A stretch of 64,000 bases of DNA from the human T2T-CHM13v2.0 reference genome, Homo sapiens. The stretch lies in assembly GCF_009914755.1 (NCBI RefSeq), contig NC_060939.1; one strand, written 5' to 3'. The notes below the pieces were generated by a model, which worked only from the letters and a program-made list of their open reading frames with translations, ran no database searches and was not told where the DNA came from. Positions 1 through 12,061 of the stretch are shown one piece after another. Made by a program: the position numbers and the translations under genes. Every line of letters begins with the position of its first letter. Position 1 is the stretch's first letter.

Positions 1-24
1 ACACACACACACACACACACACAC
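1..24. repeat. (AC)n microsatellite, cut by the window edge
   Basis: Perfect AC run, seen directly. Confidence 0.97.
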
Positions 25-784
25 GAGTACTTGAACTTAAGGCTTTTCAAGTAATTAAGCACAGGCTGCTTGTACATCATTGTGTCTTTCCACACACAAT
101 TAACATAAGAGTGTATTCAGGCCACTGGTGACATCCCCTTCATGATCTCTATCACAGGACCATCCCGCTGCATCATCACTTGCTAGTTGACTTCAGAGCC
201 CCATCTTTTTCTCGTGTCAGTAGCCCTGAATGACAATGTCACTCTTTCTTATGGTTCTGAGGACACTCAGTTAGGGAGTCTGTTATTTATTCGCTGAACA
301 AAAAGAAAAGCTAATTTCCCAAGCACACAGCAAAGGGGAGCTGGGCCATACCAGCTAAATCCTACTTTTGTATTTGATGAGCTTTATTGGGGATTTGCAT
401 ACTCAGTAAGGAAAACTGACAGACATGTGCTCTGCACTGTGTTATTATTTCACATCCCATCACTGCTTCTCTTTTGTCCAGTTTGAAGCCCTGGAATATT
501 CTCTTATTTTTTAAAGTTTTGTCATTTGTCATGGAGGTACAAGATTGGCAATGCCACCAAAATGAAGTGGTCAAAGATAAATGATATTCTTTACAAATGA
601 CATTGGAAAGAAGAAAAGGCATTCCTGGTTCTATGGCTAATGCTAATAATCTAGCATTTATTTAACATTAGATTATTTATGGTTAGATTATTGGAATAGT
701 ATTAGATTATTATTTAAACAAGATAACAAAGGGTTGCAATACATAGTTCTATGTATCTCATACTTACTTTGTACCAGTCATTGT

Positions 785-945
785 TTATCTCTGTTAGTCT
801 TCAATGCAAAACCAGGAGACAAGTATCATTACCTTCATTTTATAGATGTACAACCTGAAGCTTAAAGAAGGGAAGTGACTTGCTAGAGTCATTGGCTAGT
901 AAGCAGAATAGCAGGGATTCAAACCCCGCTGATGGGCTCTCAAAC
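785..945 (-). mobile_element. MIR SINE
   Basis: cattttatagatg...gaagtgacttgctagagtca...gggattcaaaccc is the reverse complement of the MIR core. Confidence 0.8.
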
Positions 946-974
946 GATGACCCTTATCTCTGCCTAGCCCATGT

Positions 975-1013
975 CCTGAATTAGACTATATGGATTCAAA
1001 TTCTGGCTCAGCT

Positions 1014-1057
<44 letters not shown>

Positions 1058-1220
1058 TGATGTATGACTGTGAGCTGATCACTAAACCTCTCTGTACTCA
1101 GTTCCCTTATCATAAAATGCAAATAATGATAGGAACTGCCATCATAGAGTTATTGTGAGAATTAAATGGAATGTACAAGTTAAGTGCTCAGAACAGTGCA
1201 CTTAACTGTGCTCATGATAA
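975..1220 (+). mobile_element. MIR SINE interrupted by (TA)n at 1020-1053
   Basis: ctaaacctctctgtactcagttcccttatcataaaatg...gttattgtgagaattaaatg...gctcagaacagtgc matches the MIR consensus. Confidence 0.85.
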
Positions 1221-1974
1221 ACCTCCATACATGTAGCTGTCATTTCCAGTGTTTGTAATTGATAGATATAACTGCCCTTTCTTGTATGGCACTTGTTTCC
1301 TTATCCTTGTTTAACAAATCTATGGTACACATGCCTTTTATTGAAAGCCCACTCAGATCTGTTTTGGAAGTAAAATGGGTATAAGTAACAAATGCTTGAA
1401 TGAATTTCTGATTTTCCTCCATTGAAGGGCCTGATGCAGAAGTGCTTCTCCTTCCCCTTGCCCCTGGACCTGAGCCGGAGCTGTCTATCTACATGAGGAC
1501 ACCATCTGGCAACACTGAAATGTTGCCCTCACTGTATGCCATCACCAGGAAGACAAGCAATAGATGATGAGTGAAAATAAAATGTTTAGTTGGAAACTAT
1601 TTGGGAATGGCTTTATGTCCACATATGGACACAGCCTGGCTGGAACTGGGGAGATCTTCCCTTTCTGGTGTCTTTTCAAGGTCTTGAGATGAGCTCTAAC
1701 AAATATCTCAGGCCATCTGGCCTAGTTTTTCATAATTGTGACTCCTAAATGTAAACACGGTCCGAGAGAATATCGGGAACAAAAAAAAGGCTAATGAAAT
1801 TCTTCTAATTTAACGGAGTTGTTCTGAGTCTCATTCAGTTACTTAAACATTTTTTTCTTTCCTTCTCGCAGTCATCAATCCTGGAAAATCTATTACGTAC
1901 AAAGAGTTATGCTGGTGTGGAAAATTCATAGATGAGTATCTTAATAGTGATCATTTCTTTAATCTGTTTATTTA

Positions 1975-2468
1975 GCACCCCATGAGGAACAGGAAACCCT
2001 ATTCAAAGTAGCTTAAGCAAAATAAGAAATTTACTAAAGCTCATAAATAAAACATGCAGGGGGTAGATCCTAGCCTCCAGCAGGGCTTGATCTGGGGCCT
2101 CAAGTGGTGTCATCAGGACCCACCTCTGTGCCTCACAGCTGTGCTTCCGCCTGGGATCGCTTTAGTCTCTGCAGACCTGTTTATCTATTCAGAGCTTCCA
2201 GTCTGTGTCAGGGAGGGCACTTCTCTTGGCCAGTTTCTCCAGTGAAGTCTCAGGACTTGGTCCACTTTGGTGCGTTTGGCCTGGCTAGAATGATATATCC
2301 CTCTCTGACTGGCTGGACCTGGAACATCTGTCCTCCCCTGGAGTCTGGAATAAGATTCACCTGAAGCTCATGGATTGCAAGATGGGGAAGGATGGTGCCC
2401 AGAGGAAAAGCAAATTACTGTAACTGGAAAAGGGGAAATGCACGATAAAACAATAGATGTCCATTACG
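1975..2468 (-). mobile_element. Old MaLR LTR (MLT1J/K/L-like)
   Basis: aacaggaaaccctattcaaagtagcttaagcaaaa at one end and aaaacaatagatgtccattac at the other resemble old MLT1 termini. Confidence 0.65.
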
Positions 2469-2854
2469 GTTACATAGCAGAGAAAGCAGATCCCTAAATT
2501 CATTCTCCTCTGATTTTTAGTTGGACTCAAGGCCACATAGAATTACAGATTATATATTACACACCTTCCCTGGAAGCTCTACTTTCCCTCCAGGTACCGT
2601 CCTTAAAACACTGCAGGTCCTTGCCCTTTGCATCTCTCATGCTCATCCCTCCTCCTTTCCATCGCCTGGCCATATTCTGAACCACAGGCAGATGGCCACA
2701 CCCTAGGGCCAGCTGGAAGGAACCAAGAAATGCCAAAGCCAGAATTCAAGCAGAGAATTGTTTGACTCTCTGTCCAATGCTCCTTCCACTGAGCTAGATC
2801 ATTGCTCAGTATTGACTTTGTGGACTTTGAAGTGAGAAGCTCTTGTACTTTATA

Positions 2855-2980
2855 AAGTATGAGCAAGTAAACAAAATTTTCTTAGCCTCAGTTTCCACAT
2901 CTATGAAGTGAATAATGATGTTGCAAAAATTAAATCAATCAATGTAAAGTGCCTAGCACACTTCCTGGCACATAAATTAT
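2855..2980 (+). mobile_element. MIR SINE
   Basis: gcctcagtttccacatctat...tgtaaagtgcctagcaca...cctggcacata. Confidence 0.8.
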
Positions 2981-3129
2981 AGCCCCATCCCCACTTCCCA
3001 TCTTCTCCATTCTTTTCCTCTTCCTCCTTCTCCTCCAAGTTAGAATATGAGAAGTACCACAAGAAAAGCACTAAGCATTTTAAAGAAAGAAGTTAGTTCA
3101 AGCTGAGTCTTAAGAATAGATGTATTTCC

Positions 3130-3255
3130 ATTTGTTGAGATAATCAGGCCTTATCTTCAGAAATTCTGGGGTAGGATAAGGAACCTGCATTTTAACAATC
3201 AGCTTTGTTGATTCTTCCTCAGGTGAACCACAGAACACATTTTGAGAAATACTTG
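3130..3255. mobile_element. MER5-family hAT-Charlie relic
   Basis: tcagaaattctggggtagg...ggaacctgcattttaacaa...acattttgagaaatact. Confidence 0.7.
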
Positions 3256-3806
3256 ATTAGGAGGTAATATTGGGAAAATAAATAGAAGGAAGGAAGGAGG
3301 GAGAGAAGGAATGAAAGAAGAGGAAAAAATACAGCCTGAAGATTGATACTGTAAAGTCCTAAAAGTTAGGCTAGAAAATAGCCAGGGGAGTCATTTAACA
3401 TTTTTCAAATAAGTTTTAACCTAACCTTTGATTTAGGAAAGATAACCTGGTAATTGTATGTTAGAACATTTGAAGGAAGGTAGCTAAATTAGGCATTTGC
3501 TGTATGTGCTGTTTTGAGCCTAGGTAACAGAAAGAACAAATAGAAATTGGAAACATTTTTTAAATGCTGTTTTGGGGGTGAATGATGAAGAGTTGGAACT
3601 TCAATGGGATCTATTTAAGATGCCATCAGGACATATAGTGGCCAGTGAAAAGGCTAATAATCTATAGTTGTTAAAGGATAAGTCAATAAAATACTATTAT
3701 GTCATTCCTTAACTTTGGAAACTTTTTCCTTGTTAAATAATAACAACAATAGCAATAATAATTTCAGCAATAATCTGTGGCTATTTTTACTTAGCACATG
3801 CAACTA

Positions 3807-3885
3807 TAGGTTGGTGCAAAAATAATTGGGGTTTTTGCCATTACTTTCAATGGCAAAAACCACAATTACTTTTACACTAACCTAA
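3807..3885. mobile_element. MADE1 (Hsmar1-derived mariner MITE), near-full-length palindrome
   Basis: taggttggtgcaaaaataattggggtttttgccatt-actttc-aatggcaaaaaccacaattacttttacactaacctaa; TA target duplication at 3805-3806 and 3886-3887. Confidence 0.95.
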
Positions 3886-4202
3886 TACATTGAAAGGATC
3901 CATGTTGTTGGCTCAAACTGTCATCACTATCAGTTAGTGAGTAACTGAGCTGCCTTTAAGGAGTTGAAGGGCAGAGAAAAGTGGAATGTATGTAACCCAA
4001 TCCTTCCAGTGAAGCTGACCCACAGAGCGCATACAGTTGCCGTAGTTGAGGCCATATGTCCAAGTCTTGTAACTCAATAACTTTGTCAAGCTAATTGGCC
4101 ACAGGTGGTCCACAAAGCTGAGCAAACAGCTGAGCCTGTTCACTATTTTTGAGGCTGTCTTAACAAGTTGCTTGAAATTGGGTGTTTATGATCTCTCCAC
4201 TC

Positions 4203-4420
4203 CAGTGGTTCTCAACCAGGGGTGATTTTGCCCCTCAAAAAACATTTGGCAATGCCTGAAGACAGTTTTTATTTTCACAGCTAGGGGAGATATTGACAAT
4301 GGCATCCAGAGGGTAGACGCCGGGGATGCTGCTCAACATCCCAGTATGCTCATGACAGCCTCCTACAACAAATAATTACTTGGCCCAAAATGTCAATGGA
4401 ACCAAGGTTGAGAAACTATG
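4203..4420 (+). mobile_element. MER20 hAT-Charlie DNA transposon
   Basis: cagtggttctcaaccaggggtgattttgcccc...ggcccaaaatgtcaat...aggttgagaaac; both TIRs present. Confidence 0.9.
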
Positions 4421-4594
4421 CTCTATTAAAATGCAGATATGGGTTCTGGGTCTTCCCCTAATAATTTATTTTGTTTAGCAGAACACAATGGCTGTGTGAT
4501 AATCAGGAACCAATGTAAAGACTTACCACAGTCCTGAACTTGGAAAAGGTATTCATGGGTCCTGAACTTGGCAATGGAAAAATATCTAACCTCA

Positions 4595-4596
<2 letters not shown>

Positions 4597-4687
<91 letters not shown>

Positions 4688-4688
4688 A
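4597..4688. repeat. Compound (TG)n-(GA)n microsatellite
   Basis: TG run 4597-4654 with one interruption, directly followed by a GA run. Confidence 0.97.
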
Positions 4689-5611
4689 GGAAAAGAAGGA
4701 GTCATTGTGAAAAATAATTTGCAAGCAGAGACAGCAATCCAAATCTGAACAAAGAAAATCGTTTAATGCTAAGCCCCTACAGCACATGCATAGCAATGCC
4801 AGGCTAGTGAATGAATGGGATGAATCTAACCCAATAACTTCCAATAAAATGTGCAGAAATTGTGTGCAAAAAGCAAAATCCCCCCAACAATAAACAACAA
4901 AAGACCAGTATGCAAATTCAGTCCTTCACAAAAATTCATCCTGTAATTTTCTACAGATTGGCAGTGATCATAGGAGTCGCATAACAAGAATATTGAAAGG
5001 GCAGGGAAGAAATGGCATTCCAGAAGCAATCAGAGTTGGCAGCACTTGGCCTCCACGATGGGCACTGGGAGTTTCCTGATGGGTTGTATATTATCTTCCC
5101 AGTGGGTGGTCCTGAAGTTGCCAAGAGGGGAGGACTCAGCAGGACACAAAAAATGATAATAGGAACGGTAGTCTGTAGCACAACTCTTGTTTTAGTCTTA
5201 ACTCCAGGAAGTCTGTAGGTATGAAAGCTCTGGAGCTGCAGTATGCAAAGAGCAGAGGGTGAGCAAGTCTGGAGATAATGCGATTGGATTATGTAGGGAG
5301 AAAGTTGGCCTTTCCTACCGCATGGTTTCTTTACCACTAACCTTACCCCTTGATGCAGTGTCAGGAAAATGGCCCTAGCTTCTTTAAAGGTGGCTAGAAT
5401 ACTCCTGAGAAAAGATTATATAATGAATCAGCTCTGGAACCTGCCACCTTGGAAGTAGTGACTGCCACTGAGGAAAGAAATTAAGAAATTCAAATGGAAG
5501 TTGCCAGTAAACTTTCCTTTTCAAAAGGAAACATTGTCTTCTCCTAGGACATTTCTGCTCCTCTCACTCCTGTGATTTTGGAGTGCTTTCCTGCTTTACT
5601 GCTTTGGCATC

Positions 5612-6129
5612 GGTATTAGTTTCCGATGGCTACCATATCAAATTACTGCAAACTTAGCATCTTAAAATAAGTCAAATATCTTATCTTGCAATCCTGCAGG
5701 TCAGAAGTCCAGCATGGGTCTCACCGAGCTAAAAATCAAGGTGTTGGCAGGAATGCATTCCTTCTGGAGGTTCTAGAGGAGAATTTGTTTCCTTGCTTTT
5801 TCCAGGTTCTAGAGGCACCTGCATTCATTCCTTGGCTTATGCCTCCTTCCATTTTCAAAGCCAGCAATGGCCAGTTGAGTCTTTCTCACATGGCATCACT
5901 CCAACACTGACTCCTCTGCCTTCTTCTTCTATCTGTTAAGAACATTTGTGATTACATTGAGCCCACCCAGATATTCCAAGATAGTACTCCTATTTTAAGG
6001 TCAGCTGATTAGCAACCTTAATTCCATCTGCACACCTTAATCTTCCCTTGACATACAGCATCACATATACATAAATTCTGTGATTAGTATATAGACATCT
6101 TTGAAGAGGCCATGATACTTCCTACCACA
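5612..6129 (-). mobile_element. MaLR solo LTR (MLT1D/E-like)
   Basis: gtattagtttcc...aaaatcaaggtgttggcagg...gtgattacattgagcccacccag...cctaccaca; 5-bp TSD GCATC (5607-5611) / GCTTC (6130-6134). Confidence 0.9.
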
Positions 6130-7459
6130 GCTTCCCTGTTTGATCTCCCTTTTGCAATTTTGGGTTGGTTGCTCATTGAGGGTATACTTGGTACCAATAA
6201 GCTTCTATGAATAAATGTATGCTAAGTGAGTAAATTAATGACTGCACGAGGAAGTGAAGTGTTAATATTCCGCTTTCTGTCTTAACTTTATAAATTCTGA
6301 AAACAAAAGTAATTAGTAGAGCTTCTGAACTCTCACCCACACACTAATAAAAACCTTCAGAGACCATGTGTTCCACACTCTGGACAGCTTAGCCATGTTT
6401 CCAACTTCTGACTTCAGTGACTCGCCTCTTGGCATTCTCAGGATTTAGTAGTTTGAGACCAGAATGGGCAAGATCTGTTTCCCATCTTCCCCACATAATC
6501 AAGATGCTCAGTAATGCAAACCTTGTCCTCTCACAGCTCTACCCTTTATCCATTTGTTGTTTTAATCACTTTGATTCAGGATGTGTCTTTAAAAAAAAAT
6601 CCCATGAATTTATTCCAACGAATTAACCTCTTTTCCCTTCACTTGAGAGTTTGGGTTTAGGAGCAGTGCATGAATAAGATCAGTCAGTCAGTGTAGAGTT
6701 TTTATTTACTAGACTCCTCTGGAAAGTATTGAACTCTTCTGGATTCAGATTTATTTTCCTATTAGGTTTTGTGAAGTTATAACAGCTATAAAAATAACTA
6801 TGATGCTAAAATAGAACATATATGTGTAAAGCAAAAATATTTTATCCTTCCTCAATTAAAACAAATGATTTGCCCTTTCATGCTGGAGGCTATTAAAGAC
6901 GTATTTAACTCTCTGTGTTCTGCAGGGGACTATTTAATCAATGGAGCTCTTGCTGTAAGCATGCCCTCCCATGCTGTGTCCCCTCCACCAGTCACTTGTG
7001 TTAAAAAATTCCTTCAATTAGATTACTGATTTACAGATGCTAATTTTTAATATTAGCCTAATCAAAATACATTTAGGATTTTAATCTCCTACCCTCCAAA
7101 ACAACATTTATTCATTCCCACAATATTGTACTTATTTTTCTAATTCTATCATTCAACCCCTTTCCTCTGATATGATTGCTGTAAAACAGAGGGAATTATG
7201 TAAACATCTGGCTAACAGCTGTGACAGTCATTAATCTTAATAAGTTTCACACCCACATTCATTAAGGAACAGCATTTGGCCCAAAGTTACCCAACAATCA
7301 GTGACAGAGTTAATTGGAAGCTACATCTTCTCACAATGGAAATTGCGAGAAGTCTGACAAAAAGCTTTATCAGCACCAACCAACTCCCAGTAGTAGAACT
7401 GGCTGCGTGGATAGTAAACGTCACTATTGATTGAGCTTGGGCGCTTTCTGGAAATCAAG

Positions 7460-7625
7460 CCCTCTGAGATACTTGGAGTATATTTTCACGTAATTTTCTA
7501 CTATCATAGGAGGTATGTATTATTGTCCCTTTTTTGTAGGTAAAGAAACAAGAATTTGGAGTTTTTGAGCAATTTGCCCAAAGTCACACTACTAAAAAGT
7601 GGCAGAGCTAGAAACTTACATTTTT
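7460..7625 (-). mobile_element. MIR SINE
   Basis: gcaatttgcccaaagtcacactactaaaaagtggcagagctag. Confidence 0.75.
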
Positions 7626-8379
7626 ACAGCTGACTTAAAAGTCAGATTATTAACTGATTTTTTTAATTCTTAAAGCTATGTTTACTCTTCTAAAATAAAA
7701 AGGGGAAAGTAAATAAAGATTATACTCGGAATTATTTTCATACTGGGAAGGGAAATATATTTACAAGATTAAAATTTTAAGCATTATTTTAAAAAGCCCT
7801 TTGGATAATCCTTTGCTTTGTATTTTCGAGTCTTTCTGCTGTTAAAATGGCGAGTTAGGATATGCCGTATGGGGTTTGCTCTATCTTCGGCTTTCACTTC
7901 CCAAGTCAATGCCCTTACTTCACAGTGTTCCTTGGTACTGATTAAACCTGCATTTTCATTATTGGGAAGGCAGGGGTTTCCCTACACATTGTTAATGGTC
8001 TCCATCTCTGACTGGTGGCATCAGTCAGTTCCATCTAGCCTTCTACTCTCTGGCCTGTCCCCCACACCCTTTCTGTGCTTCCTTCTCTCCCCTTGCTATC
8101 CTCTGCCCCATCTCCAGCCTCCTTTGCCACTCCATTCTTTCCTGCATTTCCATTTCATTTGTCTCCTCACATTCCACCTTTCATGGCCAAGTCCCAGCCA
8201 GCTGTTACCTTCTGCTGTCTCTCAATTCAGCACAGTTCCATTAAGGGCTGCTTGCATTTGCCACTTTTTCTTCCACACTTTCCAATTTTTCTTCTTCTTC
8301 TCTTTTTCTCACTTTTCTGTCACTCACAACTTTTTTTCTACCAAGCTCCAATAAGTAGTAGACAGGGGTAAGGGTTCAG

Positions 8380-8382
<3 letters not shown>

Positions 8383-8428
<46 letters not shown>
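8383..8428. repeat. (TG)23 microsatellite
   Basis: Perfect TG run. Confidence 0.97.
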
Positions 8429-8429
<1 letters not shown>

Positions 8430-8559
8430 TGAGAATTGTGGTCCATGACTGCTTAAGCATTCACATGGCTTGTGGGTAATTCGGGGCCCTTTCCATCCCT
8501 CTGCTCTTCCTCCCTCAAGTCTACAGTATGTCTTTCAAAATAGGGTCCAGGTGTATTTT

Positions 8560-10545
8560 CTTTTTTTTTTTTAAACTTTTATTTTAGGCTCAGGGGTACA
8601 TGTGCAGGTTTGTTATATAGGTAAACTGCATGTCACAGGGGTTTGGTGACAGATAATTTTATCATCCAGGTAATAAACATAGTACCCAATAGGTATTTTT
8701 CCGATCCTCTCCTTCCTCCCACTTTCCACCCTCAAGTAGGCCCCAATATCTTCTGTTACCCTTCTAATATCCATGTGTTCCTATTGTTTAGCTTCCACTT
8801 GTAAGAACATGCCATATTTGGTTTTCTGTTCTTGTGTTAGTTTGCTTAGGATAATGGCTTCCAGATCCATCCATGTTGCTTCACAGGACATGATCTCATT
8901 GTTTTTTATGGCTGCATAGTATTCCATGGTGTATATGCACCACATTTTCTTTATCCAGTCTACCACTGATGGGCATTTAGGGTGATGCCATATCTTTCTT
9001 ATTGCGAATAGTGCTGCAATGAATATACATGTGCATGTGTCTTTATGATAGAACAATTTATATTCCTTTGGATTATACCCAATAATGGGGTTGCTAGGTT
9101 GGATGGTAACTCTGTTTTTTTAAGTTCTTTGAGGAATCACCCAACTGCTTTCTACAGTGGCTGAACTAATTTACATTCCCATCAGTGGTGTATAAGTGTT
9201 CCCTTTTCTCCACAACCTTGCTAGCACCTATTATTTTTCAACTTTTAATAATAGCCATTCTGACTGGTGTGGGATGGTATTTCACTGTGGTTTTAATTTG
9301 CATTTCTCTAATGATTAGTGATGTTGAGCATTTTTTATATGCTTGTTGGCCACATATATGTCTTCTTTTGAAAAGTATCTCTTCATGTCCTTTGCCCACT
9401 TTTTAATGGGGTTGTTTGTTTATGCTTATAAATTTAAGTTCCTTACAGCATCTGGATATTAGACCTTTGTTGGATGCATAGTTTGCAGATATCTTCTCCC
9501 ATTCTGTAGGTTGTCTGTTTACTCTGTTGATAGTTTCTTTTTTTGTTCAGAAGCTCTTCAGTTTAATTAGATCCCATTTGTCAATTTTTGTTTTTGTTGC
9601 AATTGCTTTTGTTGTCTTCATCATGAAATCTTTGCCAAGTTCTATGTCCAGAATGGTATTTCCTAGGTTATCTTTCAGGGTTTTTATAGTTTTAGGTTTT
9701 ACATTTAAGCCTTTAATTCATCTTACATTGATTTTTGTATGTAGTGTAAGGTGGGGTGTCCAGTTTCAATCTTCTGCATATGACTAGCCAGTTATCCCAG
9801 CACCATTTATTGAATGAGGAATCTTTTCCCTATTGTTTGTTTTTGTCAGCTTTATTGAAGATCAGATGGTTGTAAGTGGTGTGACATTATTTCTGGGCTC
9901 TTTATTACGTTCTATTGGTCTATGTGTCTGTTTTTGTACCAGTACCATGCTCTTTTGGTTACTATAGCCCTGTAGTATATGTTGACATTGGGTAATATAA
10001 TACCTCCAGCTTTGTTCTTTTTGTTTAGGATTGCCTCGACTATTCGGGGTCCCTTTTGGGTTCCATGTCAATTTTAAAATAGTTTTTTCTAATTCCACGA
10101 AAAATGTCATTGATATTTTGATAGGAATAGCACTGAATCTGTGAAATCTGTAAATTGCTTTGGGCAGTATGGCCATTTTAATGATATTGATTCATCCAAT
10201 CCATGAGCATGGATTATTTTTCCAATTTTTGGTGTCATCTATGATTTTTTGAGCAGTGTTTTGTAATTCTTATTATAGAGATCTTTCACATCCCTGGTTA
10301 GCTGTATTCCTAAGTATTTTATATTTTTGGGGGGGCAATTGTGAATGGGATTGCATCCTGATTTGGCCATCAGCTTGGATGTTGTTTGTATAAGGAATGC
10401 TACTGATGTTTGTATGTTGACTTTGCTGAGGTTATTTATCTCTGATCTCACAGAGCCTTGGGGCTGACATTACAGGGTTTTCTAGATATAGAATCATGTT
10501 ATTTGCAAACAGGAATAGTTTGACTTCCTCTCTTCCTGTTTGGAT
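8560..10545 (-). mobile_element. 5'-truncated LINE-1 (older primate L1PA13-16-like): 3' ORF2 plus 3'UTR
   Basis: Poly-T head and L1PA 3'UTR (ggggtacatgtgcaggtttgttatataggtaaac). ORF2 remnants in ORFs 8781-9056 and 9862-10176 ([11 protein letters not shown]). Decayed TSD gtccaggNNtatttt at 8545-8559 / 10546-10560. Confidence 0.95.
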
Positions 10546-10864
10546 GTCCAGGATTATTTTCAACAACACTTAGCTTAACCCAGGATACTAACCTACTGTA
10601 ATGTTCTCACAGACAATATCATCACTTACAATAAAAAAGATGTTAATACTGGCAAGAAACCTAAAGATAATATGGAGAGTAATTATTTACTGTAGGTTTT
10701 TCTTATTTGAGGAAAAAATTACCCTAACTCTAGGAAAACCTTTCCTTCGCAAACTTGAATAGCACCTGCCCATGACCTATTCAGGAACTGTGTTATCTCA
10801 TAGAAAAAAATACATTTAAAAATTTTTTTCCATAGAAGTATAATGCTTCTAAATGAGGCACTCT

Positions 10865-11060
10865 ATCCATTCATCTATCTAGCCAACAGGTATTTATTAT
10901 GACCTTTTATGTACAAGACACAGTGCTAGGCATTATGGATAACGCAGGGAGTATAGACTACCCTACCTTTGCCCTAAAAGACTTAACAGAATAGAGTAGA
11001 GGAAAATAAATAAATACACAAAACAAAAACATATATTGCAACTTGAACATTCTGATGCAA
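10865..11060 (-). mobile_element. L2 LINE 3' fragment
   Basis: ccattcat...gtatttatt...tatgtacaagacacagtgctaggc is the reverse complement of the L2 3' end. Confidence 0.7.
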
Positions 11061-12043
11061 ACAAGATATTAAGAGAGATCCTCCCAGCATAGCATTTTCT
11101 AAACTGAATTCTCTGAACATGCAAGTGGCCATAGTCATTTTTTATTTTTCTATCACTTAGGGCCTCACCTCAACATGACATTTGGCAAGGCCTTGCCCAT
11201 TTGGCTATGAACAGCAGTGCACAGGGACTGGGTACAAGGGAGTTTCAGTCTCTGCTCATTGTTCTGAGAGATGACTTTTCTGTTTCCATCCCAATCAGCT
11301 TCATTCTATTATCCAGGTGCCAGAAGCAGTGGCATCCTCTACTGAGAGCATAGATATGAGGAGGGCATTAAAGAGGAAAAATAAATGTTTCCTGGAAGGA
11401 ACGCCCAAGTAAGCATGGCCAAGACCTCCACAGATGGAAAGGGAAAACACTACGCTCTCTTTGTGCTTGCACCATATTCAGTAACTAATTAGAGCTTCCT
11501 GCTCAGAGCTCTGAGCTGCCCTGGGCCCTTCCTTGCTCAGACTTATGACCACGCCAATCTTCCTAAAGCAGGAACCCCATCCTTCCCTTCCATCTATAAG
11601 ATTTTTTTCTTCTACTGAAATGCAAGTACTCCGTGAGGATGACTCTTGTAGGTGGAAGGAAGCCATGGAATAAGACCCCAGAAACACATGCCCCTACTTC
11701 ACCATTCTGCTCACAAGCAGCTCTGCTTGTGAAATCCACTAAGAAATCAGCAATCTAAGTATTTCCCTCAATATGACTCTAGATATTCCATTGTGTTGCT
11801 GGCCGGTCTTTTCTTCTTCACATTCACCCTTGGTCCAGAGCAATCTGTATGGCCAGCTATTACTTGAGAGTGACTCTGCTCCCATAAAGTGACTTCCTCC
11901 CTAGAGTAGAATGTGGTTTGAGAGAAAGAGAGAGAATAGTCATACCTGTTCCTTTTCTTCGGGGCCAAAATTATAGCTGTTATTTCTTCTAGGAGCAACA
12001 AGGACTAATACAAACCTCCCTCAGCACCTTACAAAACTGGCTC

Positions 12044-12061
12044 AAAAAAAAAAAAAAAAAA
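12044..12061. repeat. A18 mononucleotide run
   Basis: Seen directly; no attached Alu or L1 body. Confidence 0.9.

Noticed and set aside
660-712. ttagattatt three times with short spacers (superficially array-like)
   Set aside because: 10-bp AT-rich unit with 5-9 bp spacers; slippage product, not a CRISPR-type array.
7818-8354. Joint-longest ORF (178 aa, + strand)
   Set aside because: TTG start; L/S/F/P bias comes from a pyrimidine-rich tract that lacks stop codons. No recognisable domain, and the minus strand did not resolve into a processed pseudogene.
8781-10451. ORFs with real protein similarity
   Set aside because: Frameshifted L1 ORF2 remnants, as are those at 31161-31656, 32909-33109 and 35052-35258; not genes.
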